NCBI GenBank assembly: GCA_002633005.1
Contig: NMRA01000672.1
Location: forward strand, 1 to 64,000
DNA: 64,000 bases
DNA from: Phoronis australis
Taxonomy: Eukaryota; Animalia; Phoronida
Direction: 5' to 3'
In this document: one piece after another, positions 1-11,745 of the stretch
Numbering within the stretch: the stretch's first letter is position 1
Layout: every line of letters starts with the position of its first letter
Translations under genes and position numbers: made by a program
The notes under the pieces: model-generated
What the model saw: the letters and a program-made list of their open reading frames with translations, nothing else
Databases searched by the model: none
What the model was told of the DNA's origin: nothing

Positions 1-153
1 GACCAGAAATAATGACCAGAAATAACGACCAGAAATAATGACCAGAAATAACGACCAGAAATAATGACCAGAAATAATGACCAGAAATAATGACCAGAAA
101 TAATGACCAGAAATAATGACCAGAAATAATGACCAGAAATAATGACCAGAAAT
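1..153. repeat. 13-bp minisatellite (GACCAGAAATAAY)n, about 12 copies, truncated at window edge
   Basis: Directly visible tandem units, upstream of the first ABHD16A exon seen (likely intronic). Confidence 0.95.
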
Positions 154-344
154 GATCTTTCCTGGGTCTCGAACTTTGTTGTAAATGCCCGAGATTTCTC
201 AAAACATTGCTTGGTGCGTTATTTAGGACAACTAGTCTCTTGTCAAAAAATGAGAAATAACTTGTCACTTGTGGTGAGATGTTATTGTAGTCACGGCCTT
301 GGATAGAGGCTATAACATTAATTAACACTGTATATTCATTTCAG

Positions 345-458
345 GTTGTGTGCAGTGAGGGGAATGCTGCCTTCTATGAGATGGGCTGCTGTGATACCCC
401 CCTGCAGAAGGGGTACTCAGTCCTAGGCTGGAATCACCCAGGTTTTGCTGGCAGCTCC
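345..458 (+). CDS. ABHD16A: ABHD16A exon (VVCSEGNAAFYE...WNHPGFAGSS)
   Basis: tttcag|GTT...TCC|gtgagt. Confidence 0.93.
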
Positions 459-3400
459 GTGAGTCTTAATTTAATATGCTTTGAATATACTACTGTTTAA
501 TTTACCTACAAGTTTGTTATTTGCTTATTTTATTAATAATATGAATGCCCTGTGTGGCATGTAATTAGTTTACTTTAAGGTTCTGTTTGATCAACTACGC
601 CATCAGTGTGTGTGTCCATAAGCAATACTTTGATAAAATTGGGCTGTTATGGTTTTTCTTCAGCTGATTAACATTTTTAAATTATCTAAGCTGGTTTTCT
701 ATCTAATTAAATTAATGCTTTCAAAGGTGTTGAATTGTACATTTTCAACTCCCACATCAGTGATATCCTTGTACATGTGTACATGTGTTTGTGTTTTATG
801 AAGCAGTCATATGTAGATGAGAATGATTCCGTACTGTTTCATCAGTTTTAGGCCATGATATCAATAAAAAATAAGCGACATGCTTTTGGCAATTAAATTG
901 ATAGACCGCATATTTCAAGTTTTCTTAGCATTGTTTTTTTTTTCTTATATTATTATTATCTGTATTATGAGTGGTCATCATTTTTTATGTTACATCGCTG
1001 CTTCCGTTATTCCATAGAATAGATACCTAACAGAGTCATACACTGTCACATCACTTGAATTAGTCATTACAAGTCTGAAAGCCTCAGGTGGGGGACAGAA
1101 TTGTTTTAGGACCTGCAATGACTAGGTCACGTGATGCGACCATTTATGACTATAAACGTCATTGCCATATTTTCAACCCTTGATGCATAATGGCCATTTC
1201 CTCTGCATTTGTAGGGTGTTCCGTGGCCGTCTCAGGAACAGAGTGCTATAGACGGCGTGATGCAGTACGCCATAAACCAGCTCGGTTTCCTACCACAAGA
1301 CATCATCCTCTTCAGTTGGTCAATAGGGGGCTACTGCAGCTCCTGGGCGGCCATGAACTACCCAGATGTTAAAGCATTGGTGGGTTCTGGTTAGCGACTT
1401 TGGTTTTAGGCTGCAAGTTTTATCTTTTTATTGTCGGTGCACTTGACGGGCAATTTTGCAGTATTTGTCCATTCCGTTACTGGGAAAAATGCTGAGTAAT
1501 CATTTGTATCTGCTTAATTTTTGATGTTCTCAAATCATAATTTTTTGTCCCCTTCTGATGAATATATCAGGGCTTGGAATTTCCCGCGGAAATGCGGATT
1601 TCCGCTTTTTTCAAATGTTCTGTCCGCGCATTTTATTATATTTCCGCGTAAAAAAAATCGGATTTGATATAAAATTTCCGTGGCAAATTCCTTTCTTACC
1701 GCGTCGAAAAGCGGAAGTTGCTCTTTACGTTTCGGAGGAACGTAAATTGTCAACATTGCCGGGGCGTCTGGGATAGCGTGGTGGGATTTTCAATGGCGTC
1801 TCGTGTTATTGTAAACCACGGCGACAAATACTACGGCTCTGCAGCCAAAAATGTGTGGGTTGGGAGTGGACGGACGACGCAGACGCATGCTACTGATGGT
1901 GGTAATGCTTTTTTTTAGTCCTCCCGATTTTTGTCGGGGAAAGGTTCACATCGACCATTTCAAGGCTGGGTAGCGCGCATGATTTGGGCCGTAAAAGTTT
2001 CCGCGTTTTTTGTCATTGGTCATTCCAAGCCCTGATTTATGACAGTCTCCCTTTTGGTTTAGAATTTAGTGGAAAAGAATTACTTTATATTTTTGCGTGT
2101 AATGGAAGTGACGAGCGTTGTGGATTCGCCCTAAAATTTGGAACAACAGTTAAGTCGTTAAGTCTGTGTTCGGCCATGTTTTATTCCCCTTGCATTGAAA
2201 CTAAACTGAATGCAGGAGAGTGACATTGATAACTTATTTACAGGGGAGATAATAGGGTAGATACTACACTTCAACCTGTTACAGACACGCTCAGGGTTTT
2301 AATTACCATAAAACTATTGTGCTGAAATGAAAAAGCGCCCGTATACACGCAACCGCAGTGGTTTCATCTTTGAGTAATAGTCGAGTATAATGTGCCCGCG
2401 TTTTGAAAACCAGTTTTCTCCTCTGAATAATGGCCGTCAAACCGGATCTCAAAATGTGAGCATGTTATGTCCGACCATTACCCATCTTTGATTTCACATA
2501 TATTCTGACTTTACCCAGTATCCCATGCTAAGTTTTGTGGGATTTCTCCTCGAGTTTAACTGTCACACTGTGCAAACAAGCACTGTTGCTTGGAAAAAAA
2601 ATTCATTTTGTTTATTTTAATTAATTTGTCTATGTCTGTGTCACTATTTCTATTTTGAAATAGCAAAATCATTCTGGAATGACCTCTCAGTTCTTCTCAA
2701 ACCTAAAAATTATTTCCACGGTAATTTGAGTTAGGAACAAGATGTTCTTATAGTAGTTAGTGGCAGCAATCAAAAGTTGGTTTTGACACCGGGCCCAAAT
2801 TTATTAGCTGCGTTAACACATTGTGTTCAGTCAATGAGATGTCTAGCTTGAGATTCTGTAATAGGGATAATTGAATGAACGTCCCCGTTTATTTCTAATG
2901 GAGTGTAAAACCATTCTTTCAGATATTAGATGCCACATTTGATCATGTGACTCCTCTTGCCATAGAAAGAATGCCTGCCTCGTGTGGTGAGTGGTCAGAA
3001 TCTCTCTATATTAAAATTATCTCGTTTTTGTTGTCAAGTGACTGTAATTTGCCATAATCTAGTTCTCATATTTTGTGATGATTAATCAGTGAAAAAGTAG
3101 GGACGAGCTTTAAAGGCAGCTGTCATGTCATCAAGTCAAACTGAGACTTGTTTGGTGCGTAGTTTCACACCTTTATGTCAATAGAATCATAATGCTGGCG
3201 TACTATCGTTGAATTAAGAAGCAAAAAGTTGGGGCATTGGTTTCCAAGCCAACAAGATTTCAATGCTCGTACAGTATACTCCTAAAGTATTCAGATGCCC
3301 AACATCCCCACCCCATCATAACTGCGGGGCGGAAGGCAACTTCACCATCTGAGTAGCCTTCACTCATGACTGAGAATGAAGGAAATTAACGAGAAATTTT

Positions 3401-6400
3401 AGTAATTAGAATTTTGTACCAATAATAGTCATTACCAGCCATTTTTGCTGTTAGACGAATTAGCCGTGGTGACGTGAAAACAGTAGTTATGTCTTGTTCT
3501 GTAGAATACAACAACAGTAATACCACAAGATGAAACCACCAAACTGCACTTTAGACAAGACTCAAAAACTAGCCAATCGCATAGCACGATTCAAACTTCC
3601 TTCTTGGTCCCGTCCAATGAGCTTTCTCTTTATAAATTTGTAAATGACAATGATGCATCAACTCGTCTTAATAAAACGTTTTGCTTTGAACTGCGATGAA
3701 GATCTCGTGTATGCGCAATGTTTTCTTGCAGTTAATCTGGTCAGGCTAACCATGAAGACGTATTTGAATCTCAACATAGCGGAGCAGGTCTGCAGGTAGG
3801 TAGTCGTGCTTGTGTTTTAGGACCATAGGCATCTGCATTGTTGGAATTTAGCACAAGTGGAGGAGACAAATTCCCTTCATTATGCCAATTTTGCATGAGG
3901 ATACAAGAAGAATAAAAAAATGCCTGTTGTTATTAAGTTTGTTTCGAAGTTTTAAGAAAACCTTGAACGTCTTTGTAGTGCTTTCAGTTTCAAAATCTTG
4001 AAACAAAAGCTTGCTTGGGAGATCAAAATTTAAGTCTCTAACCATGATCTGGTTACATCGATACATTGTTACAACTCTTGTTTTGTAGTTTGTATGGGTA
4101 ATATTAAACTATTTTATCGTCACAAATTCCAGTTTCTACCTTTGTCAGTGCTTGGAATTTTCGTTTTTTAAGAGGATTTCCACTTTCTTGGTTTCGATTT
4201 CCTCTTATTGATTTCCAGTTTTCTCTTTCTTTGTCTCTTTTTTATCATTATTTTGATGTTATTCATTCAAAAATTTCATTTCACTTAATTTTACAACGCA
4301 AAAAAAATATTTCTATCACACAAGCCCATTCATTTGTGGCACAATACATCACACAGGAAATTTTCCTCATTTCTTGTCATTGGTCATTCCAAGCCCCGCT
4401 TTCGTCTTCCTGTAGGTACCCTGGCCCCGTCAGGATCATTAGACGCACAACAGATGAAATGATCAGCACGTAAGTTTAAGGAAGAGGTAATTTAGAAGGG
4501 TTGAGAATGAAAAGGGTGGATAGGTAGTCCATAATGGTAGGAAGAGGGTAAAGGCAGCTCTTAAAAGTTAAGAAGAAATGGATGGCATATTACAGCTCTG
4601 TTGTATGCTACATTGTCCCGGCTTTCCAGTTTTACAGACTCTTTGGTTTTCGTAAGAATTGCCGTTGTGGTATTTCATTGTGTTATCGCATGCACGCTAA
4701 CTGACAATAGTCGGATATAACCTGCCCGTATTTTGAGAACCAGTTCGATGCCCGTTATTCTGTGGAGAAAACTGGTTCTCAAAATTCGAGCGCGTTATAT
4801 CCGACCATTACCAGCTAACCCAGGAACATGTTGAAATTAGGTTGATTCTAATTGACATTTACACATTTCCATAATATTTTCAATAGTCTCTCTGATAACA
4901 TCTGCCCACAATTCGAGAACCAGTTGATGCCTGTTACTCATTGGAGAGAACTGCTTTTCAAAATGTGGGCGCGTTATATTGGACTATTACCGCAATATTT
5001 CACCTTAAAGTACATGAACAATGTTTCTGAATGACATTGCACTCTCTAAATGATAACTATTTCTTCACTGATCTTTCAGAGACCCCAGCTCTCTTAAGAC
5101 TAACAGAGGTAACGACCTGCTGATAAAGCTACTACAACATAGGTAAGTATTGTAAGGAGCTGCTTTAGATGACTATTTTTTTCTTGCCTGCAGTCTTGAA
5201 CGTGCGACAGCTGGTCTCTCTTTGACTTGATCTTGGAGCAGTCCTGATTGAGTGTACAAAGCTCTCCAGGAAGTTACTGCGACTTTTTTTTAATGTTTAA
5301 AAAATTATTTTTTATTTTTGTAGGTATTTTTTATTTTTTTTTTTTTTTTTTAGATGTTTGTTTAAAGTCAATGATCACCAGCATTGTGTAATTTGAATTT
5401 TTGGCCATAATGATTTACTAGGTACGTAGAGATTCGTTTTAAAAAATCGGCATCAGGCCTTGGCGAATTGTTGCTACTTTTCTAATACAGGCACTTAATG
5501 GTCTTAGAGTTTATATTTTAAATGTGTGGGCTCAACATATCTTTAATATGTGTTTTGTTTTTTTGCGCAAAGTGTCCGTTTTTCTGCTTCGAGTCGGTGT
5601 TTGTTTTTCCTTGACATTATCACTGTGTTGGACTTTGAAATAAGGTGACAACAATCAGTGAAAAGTGAATCTTTAATTAATATGTAAAAAGTCTGAATGT
5701 GGTGCCTCAATAGGGTGGTTTTGCAGTCAAAATTGGACCTTGGTTATCAGAATTTGAAAGATTTCTTTCAATAATTTGTGGGCGGGGTCCATCTAGGAGG
5801 TTGTATTTGTAAGTATTTTTCGTTCCTTTTGACTTTCTGTTACGTTAGATTTGTGGTGAAGAGAAATAGATGTTAATTAGGTTGTATAAATGATCACATA
5901 ATGTATTAATGCCTTATGCCATCAAGGTCATTAAGCAATTACTAAAGTGAGAAATAAAAAGGATGTAAGATCGTTTTGTTAAATTTTTTCAAACCTTTCA
6001 TCGGTGACCAAACAATATGCTCAATGTGTACTTTACGGTGTTGCTGAGGGTGCCACTGACTACCACTGGTGTACAAAATTAAAACTGTTTTAAGTTGGCT
6101 TCTCGTTGTTTCAGGTATCCATGTATAGTTAAGGAAGCAACTATTCCTGTGCTGAGAGATTGGCTTGCATTGTGCAATGGGAATGAGGGTGAGTTAAAGG
6201 CACTACTGTTCGGAGTGTCTGTATTAAAGCAACATGTGCCAAATTTTCTTGTTAAAGTTTGTGTTCCTAATTGTAGAAAATTTATTTCTTATCTTATTAT
6301 CTTATTGAATTTTTGAACTGCTTCGTTCCGTTTACCATGATTGTGGTTGCGAGACTTACTTTGTAACTTTGTTGTCAGGACACGGTCTATGAGTCACTAC

Positions 6401-7958
6401 TGAGAAGAAAAACCATAATACAGTTTTTCAGTTATTTCACACAAAAATGGTTGTCCAAATTGTCACTTTTCTGTTTTTCAAATGGCGGTTGCCTTGCTGC
6501 ACATAGTGGGAGATAAGAATAGACTAAAAAATTCTTAATAATATTATCCTTTTTTTAGAAAATTTGGACAAAATGGAATTTTTAATCCGCCATATTGTCT
6601 GCTACATAGGTGGACAGTCACCAAACATTCTGAATTAATGCATGCATTTTGTGTTATTGCTAAGTTTCCTAGTACCGTGAACAGGTTTTAACTCTTAACA
6701 CGATTTTTTGTGTATCAGAACTACTTATGAAAGGTTGTGCGGGACCTTGTTGACTGGTGGATGTATTCAATCAGATATCTACAAAACTATAGAATTTAAC
6801 TCGGTAAATGTGTATATTTTCTGAAAGGAGAAAGCTTGTGTATAATTTGATTTTCGACTTTATACTTATGTGTTGTTATATGTACCAGGTGTCCATGGCT
6901 TTTTAGTGAAACTTACCAAAAAAGAAACTTTGGGTACATTCATACCAAAACAACGGTTTCAATGTATGATCAAATTTTGTTCAATATAACTGTTCAACAC
7001 AAAACTTTAAAAATGCTGTTACAATTTTCTTAATTGTCATTTCATTTTTCTTTTATGCAACTTTTGAGTTTTTCATGGGTATCATGAAAGTCCTATTTTT
7101 GACAGCCTGTCATGCAAAAGTGGAAAATTTTAAAGAAACTCCTAACACTGATTTGGAGAACAGTGCGTAAAGCACTGTCACACATTTTTCCATTTGCTGT
7201 AAGTCCTCAGTTACTCCATAGATCTGATGAATGCTTCAACCTGCTCGTATTTTGGTAAAAACATACTTTTACAGTTCTTATTTGGTCTCAGTACGAAGTC
7301 AATGAGAGGATGTGTCAGTCAATACTACAATCCTATGTTAGTGAACATGGATCGTCATTCCCTCAAGAAGTTGGCAAAGACTTAGATGACAACACAACCA
7401 TTCAGTTAGCTTTGTATTTGGTGAGTTCTTTTATGTTGTCGCCTTTAGTATTCAGTCACTTCGAGAGTAATAGACATTACACTGGTTTTCAAAATGTAGG
7501 ACTCCTTAAGAGACTGTTGCCAGCATTTCTGCACTAAACTGTGATGTGCAATTTTATTATAATTGTTTTATTATAATTGTTTCCTCATGAGTATTACCCT
7601 GGCTAACTACTCACATTGAAAATATCCACCCTGTGTCTGCTACTTAAATGCATCAGGCATCTGCTGTCAAGTGAATTCTGACCATCCACTTTGTGCCCGT
7701 CCCACAACTTCAAGTGACTCATTGTTCTTGTTCTCCATTGGCAGGCATCAGTTCACCTGACTGACTTTGACTCCACCCACTGCATGCCCCTCCCACCACT
7801 TCAGATGACTCATTGTTCTCATTTTCCATTGGCAGGCATCAGTTCACCTGACTGACTTCGACTCCACCCACTGTGTACCTCTCCCAGCAGGGTTTTTCAC
7901 TTTGCCTTGGACTGCTTCAACTAAAGATGAGAATCACACACCTTCGACTAAGCTGTAA
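345..7958 (+). CDS. ABHD16A: ABHD16A/BAT5 phosphatidylserine lipase, 3' part (9 exons; 5' exons outside window)
   Basis: Spliced peptide VVCSEGNAAFYEMG...GYSVLGWNHPGFAGSS/GVPWP...WSIGG.../ILDATFD.../YPGPVRIIRRTTDEMI/...NRGNDLLIKLLQHRYP/...DFDSTHCVPLP...LPW matches the ABHD16A family; phases consistent across GT-AG introns. Confidence 0.95.
1215..1379 (+). CDS. ABHD16A: ABHD16A exon with nucleophile motif WSIGG
   Basis: ttgtag|GGT...TTG|gtgggt; GVPWPSQEQSAIDGVMQYAINQLGF...FSWSIGGYCSSWAAMNYPDVKAL. Confidence 0.93.
1568..2034. mobile_element. Non-autonomous DNA transposon/MITE, TIR CAGGGCTTGGAAT (hAT-like CAG termini), GC-rich interior
   Basis: Perfect 13-bp TIR cagggcttggaat...attccaagccctg; ends shared with four other copies. 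Confidence 0.75.
2374..2482. mobile_element. About 110-bp fold-back MITE (GTAATAGTC...TTTTGAGAACCAGTT/AACTGGTTCTCAAAA...GACCATTAC family)
   Basis: Long imperfect inverted repeat; homologs at 4703, 4881, 52661 and 60787. Confidence 0.7.
2923..2986 (+). CDS. ABHD16A: ABHD16A exon (ILDATFDHVTPLAIERMPASC)
   Basis: tttcag|ATA...G|gtgagt. Confidence 0.92.
3732..3795 (+). CDS. ABHD16A: ABHD16A exon (NLVRLTMKTYLNLNIAEQVCR)
   Basis: ttgcag|TT...AG|gtaggt. Confidence 0.92.
4146..4398. mobile_element. MITE, CAGGGCTTGGAAT-TIR family (about 240-bp subtype)
   Basis: TIR-like ends; interior homologous to copies at 16737, 42558 and 47439. Confidence 0.75.
4416..4469 (+). CDS. ABHD16A: ABHD16A exon with probable catalytic Asp (YPGPVRIIRRTTDEMIS)
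   Basis: ctgtag|G...AC|gtaagt. Confidence 0.92.
4703..4991. mobile_element. Two adjacent copies of the 110-bp fold-back MITE (4703-4812, 4881-4991)
   Basis: aatagtcggatataac...gagaaccagtt...aactggttctc...gttatatccgaccattacc. Confidence 0.72.
5080..5142 (+). CDS. ABHD16A: ABHD16A exon (DPSSLKTNRGNDLLIKLLQHR)
   Basis: tttcag|A...AG|gtaagt. Confidence 0.92.
6115..6188 (+). CDS. ABHD16A: ABHD16A exon (YPCIVKEATIPVLRDWLALCNGNE)
   Basis: tttcag|G...G|gtgagt. Confidence 0.9.
7275..7420 (+). CDS. ABHD16A: ABHD16A exon (LIWSQYEVNERMCQS...IQLALYL)
   Basis: ttacag|TT...TTG|gtgagt. Confidence 0.9.
7657..7885 (+). repeat. About 90-bp tandem triplication spanning the last acceptor and the start of the last ABHD16A exon
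   Basis: Units start at 7657 (degenerate), 7745 and 7836; ...TGACTCATTGTTCT...CCATTGGCAG|GCATCAGTTCACCTGACTGACTTYGACTCCACCCACTG repeated. Confidence 0.9.
7836..7958 (+). CDS. ABHD16A: ABHD16A terminal exon with probable catalytic His (ASVHLTDFDSTHCVPLPAGFFTLPWTASTKDENHTPSTKL*)
   Basis: tggcag|GCA...TAA; has the conserved THCxPLP..F..PW end of the family. Confidence 0.88.
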   Translation, partial: ASVHLTDFDSTHCVPLPAGFFTLPWTASTKDENHTPSTKL

Positions 7959-8986
7959 TATTAGCAGCTGTGCCATAAAAAACTCAAGACAGTAAACTGT
8001 AACAAAGAGACTATAGTCAAGGCAAGATATTTCAGATGCCATCGTCATAGAATCGAAAGGCAAAACTGAAAATTGCGCGAGTGTTTGACGAGCATTTTTT
8101 GCTTTCACCATATTCAAGATATGTCACTTTTGTTCTGATATCGTGTCCCAGTACGGTAGATTTTGAATTAATACTGTTTGGGCTCATTTGTGTTAACATA
8201 AATTAACATAAATAAGCAATTTTGTGCGACTTTCTAATTAGGTCATGTATGGCTTCTTCACGTATTTAGCATACAATATGGCAGACAACTGAAATTTTGT
8301 TTTGTCAATTTTTCCACCAAAAGAAAGATTAATTACGAAAATTTTTGTCTTCTAGCATGGTTTGCACTGTGTGGGTGTCATAAAACCATTTTTGGCAAAT
8401 TTATCAATATTTGCAGTAAAGTAATCAGTATTTGAAAAATAGGAAAATGACAATTTTTCGATTATTTTTGTGCAAAATAAGTGAAGAATTATTGTGCTAT
8501 TTGTCATTCGTCGAGGTTCATACATGTGGCTAATATACTTAATACACTGTTCACCTTGTGACCCATGGGCCTGAACTGGGAATGCTTTATCTTTGCTCAT
8601 TACAAGTGCTTTGCACATATGTGCATGTACTTTAGCATTTTTTGCTTTTTTAAAAGTTTGGATGTTTTGTGTGTCTTTTTCACATTCTTTCTAGATGTCA
8701 GGAGATTAGTTTATCTTGAAATGAAAAACACTCGTCTGTCATTTTGTAATGGATGTCAACATCCACTCACACACTATCTGAAGTATTTTCACATTGGTTT
8801 TAGTCATGTTTCACATACCGGTAATGGCTCACTATTTGCCTGATGCACAGGGGTGCATTGGTTTAAGTTTGCGTCTTCAGTAAAATCATACCAATTTCGG
8901 GAAAAAATCGCTAAAATTACATTTTTTTCATTTTTCAAGGTCTCCTAAGAGTGTTGTGAATGACCACGTTTTTCAAAATATTTTCT

Positions 8987-9024
8987 GATAGCTATGTCGG
9001 ATAGCTATGTCAGATAGCTATGTC
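8987..9024. repeat. 3x 13-bp tandem repeat GATAGCTATGTC(R)
   Basis: Directly visible, downstream of the ABHD16A stop. Confidence 0.9.
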
Positions 9025-9706
9025 ACAGATTGAACATGGTAGGGAATTTATTTGATGCTCTGCGCTTTTGTAAAAAATAAAATTTAACTCGCTTTCTATA
9101 TTTTGTCCTGAATTGGCAAGATTTGTTTTCAGTACTTTTTGATTCCCTGGAAAATCACCAGCAGTGTTCTGTACTCACTTCTCAAAATTGATTTGAAAGA
9201 GGCATCTTGTGCAGTTGTTCCCTAAGCGCCAAGTTGTGCGAGGTCTTTTCTAAAGTCTCTCTGTGATGTCTGAGCTATTTGCTTATTTCTGGAGGACATT
9301 TTGGTTAGTAAAGGCAATCTCGTTTTGTGTCAACTCGGCAGGAAGTGATTCGAACGGTTTATAAGTGTGTTGCTGTTACAGATACGATGGAAAAGAAAAA
9401 CGAAGCATTCAAGATGTAACATGTGATTTTATATTTATTAAATATACAACGTATCTTGTGAATTCGCGATTTACATTCTGTTTTCTTACGCTTTTGATTT
9501 GTCTCAGTACGAATTACATGATATTAAGCAATATCGGCTCCTACTTTGTTAATATTAAAATAATATATATCATGTAATTCCATATCAGTATTTCCTGAAT
9601 TACACATAGGATTGTCTGAACGTATTCCTCGGCATAAAGTTCAAAAAGGAAAATCAAGCACTTGTTCACATGGAACCTAGCCACATGAAACAGACTGCAG
9701 TAAAAG

Positions 9707-9992
9707 ATTCTCCAGTTTGTGACAGCGAAAATTAATTATTTTTCTCAAGCTCGGAGTTTGCACCAAATTTTAGAAATAGTCAAAATTTGTCGTCCAAAAT
9801 TTACGAATTACGATAAACGACAAATAATCCTTCACCTCCATGCTACACACTATTGATACAAAATTCACTGATATTTGAGTAATACGATGAATGTCAATAT
9901 CCCCTACGTCCCGATCTTCAGAATAAAGAAAATTCCATTCTGGTTTGAATTTTGTTGTCCCAAATTTTAGAGACTGTCCCAAACTGGAGAAT
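9707..9992. mobile_element. About 300-bp MITE, TIR ATTCTCCAGTTTG(G/T)GACAG
   Basis: attctccagtttgtgacag...ctgtcccaaactggagaat; homologs near 24241, 35020, 54500 and 57078. Confidence 0.7.
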
Positions 9993-10030
9993 ATATACCG
10001 TAGCACAATTTCCTAAACTATTTTAATTAG

Positions 10031-10183
10031 TACACTCGAACTGCATTACAACGAACCTTAATTGCAGTAGTTTGAAATTTTTCTTGTAACCCACGTTCAC
10101 TATAACCGAATCGACTTGCTTGTAAGGGAGTTGTAGAATGGACCATTTATGGAGCAAACATTACGTAATCCGATTCAACTGTA
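10031..10183. mobile_element. Degenerate pogo/Tigger-like MITE
   Basis: tacactcgaac..ttacaacgaa ... gtaatccgattcaactgta: TA-flanked imperfect CAGTCGAA-type TIR. Confidence 0.45.
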
Positions 10184-11200
10184 CAAACGTTTCGTTGATG
10201 CAGAATGCTCTCTTATCATTGGTCAACACATTATACATAGAATAGTCTAATAATACTTCATGTCAATGTCAACAGACTTTTTGCGAGACATGCAGCAAGG
10301 TGGATTATTGTCCACTTTTTTGTTTCATGTTGTTAACCTGCTGCATGGCAGGAATTGACCTGTCGCAAGCTCCGCCTCGTTGCGAAAAGTCAACAAGTTT
10401 TACCCGGCAATGTGTTGTTTGTCGGGTAAAATGGCGTCTTGGAAACGAAGGTGTGCCAAGAATGTTGCGTTCTGATTGGTCATCAAAGCCGTCACTCAAA
10501 TTCCTGGCGATAGGTCAATTCGTCTGAGCTTTGTTATATCTCGTGCTGGTTCCCAAATGCTTGTGCAAGGATTTGCAACAGGATGTCAATTTTGTGCCAC
10601 GTCTTCTAAGTTTGAAACCTCGCAAGTGGTCTATTGGATCACCTTATTGGACAATAAGTGATCATGTGACTAATGAAACATGGGGCTTTTAATGTTGAGC
10701 TAGGACACAAGGCACACATGAGTGGACTGTAGGGCACAATGTCTGGCACTGCAACCAATCAGCATCCAGTAACCTTGTCTAGAACTTCGACGGAATACGC
10801 ACTAGTAAAAGAAGAAACTGAGACCTTGCATGAAGACTAAATAAGATTTTTTTAAGTCCACAGGAAGTTCAACAACCAGTGCCAGGAAATGGGCTGTTAA
10901 CTTCTATGGTCTTATGGGGTTCTTGTCTTATACACTTCATACACTGGCATTTCCACCAGTGGCAGATTCAAGAGCACCATAAGGGTAACAAAGACATGAC
11001 TGAGCTATGACCGCCGACTGATATTTGACCTTTGATGACAGGGGTCAGGATTGAGATCGTACTCATAAAAGTAGTCCGTGCATCATTAATCACATATCGT
11101 TTTTGTACATTTTACAGTTTTTTCTTCATCACTTTCCAAGATTAGATATTTCCAACAATTTGTTATCACTCCAACAGCATCGTACAAAAAGTATCACAAC

Positions 11201-11206
11201 TTTATT
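11201..11206 (-). promoter_or_regulatory. Candidate hemicentin polyadenylation signal AATAAA
   Basis: TTTATT on + about 160 nt past the stop codon; motif only. Confidence 0.4.
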
Positions 11207-11366
11207 TTAAAATTTCTGCTCTAGCATCGATAACATCTTCTGCACAGAAGCAAACTTTTGTCTAAACCCTCCTCTCCGTCTCGCGCGCGCACACTCATGT
11301 TGCTGCATCACCTATTAGCCATGATATCAAATATAAACATTTTGATAAACGCATAAATTAACTAAT

Positions 11367-11745
11367 TTAAAATGGGAAAGCCGACACCGCTATATGTAGG
11401 ATAAATGTAATCTTATACATTATGTTCTGCCTGTAGCTGTCGTAGGACTCCGCTCTCACTTTGAGCTGGTACGTTTCTTTCTGCAACAGAGGGCGCAGCG
11501 TGTACACAATTCCTTTACCACCATCGTCCTTGATTGAGAACGGAATACTTCTATCATTCTCGACGATGGTGAATGTCGTTTGGTCTAACATCCTGTTGTG
11601 CTGGTCGTAGGCAATGAGACGAATCAGGTCTTGATACGCAGGGATGCCACTAGGTAGCGACACTACCCTGAACTCCACAATATCAGCGTACTTAGAATTG
11701 GCCGGGCATGGTCCATTGTATCGTGAACATGGTAAAACACACAAC
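11367..11745 (-). CDS. HMCN1: Hemicentin terminal exon, fibulin-type C-terminal module (...[12 protein letters not shown])
   Basis: ttccag acceptor; ORF 11367..11744. Confidence 0.93.

Noticed and set aside
1-153. Regular direct repeats resembling a CRISPR array
   Set aside because: Head-to-tail 13-mers with no spacers, in a eukaryotic context; a simple minisatellite
1535-2223. Overlapping short ORFs as a transposase
   Set aside because: No DDE or other domain motifs; they lie over a 467-bp non-autonomous element
7224-7250. Other CUGAUGA occurrences (1556, 7224, 46177) as hammerheads or C/D snoRNAs
   Set aside because: No stem II + GAAA or convincing terminal stem and partner box found by eye
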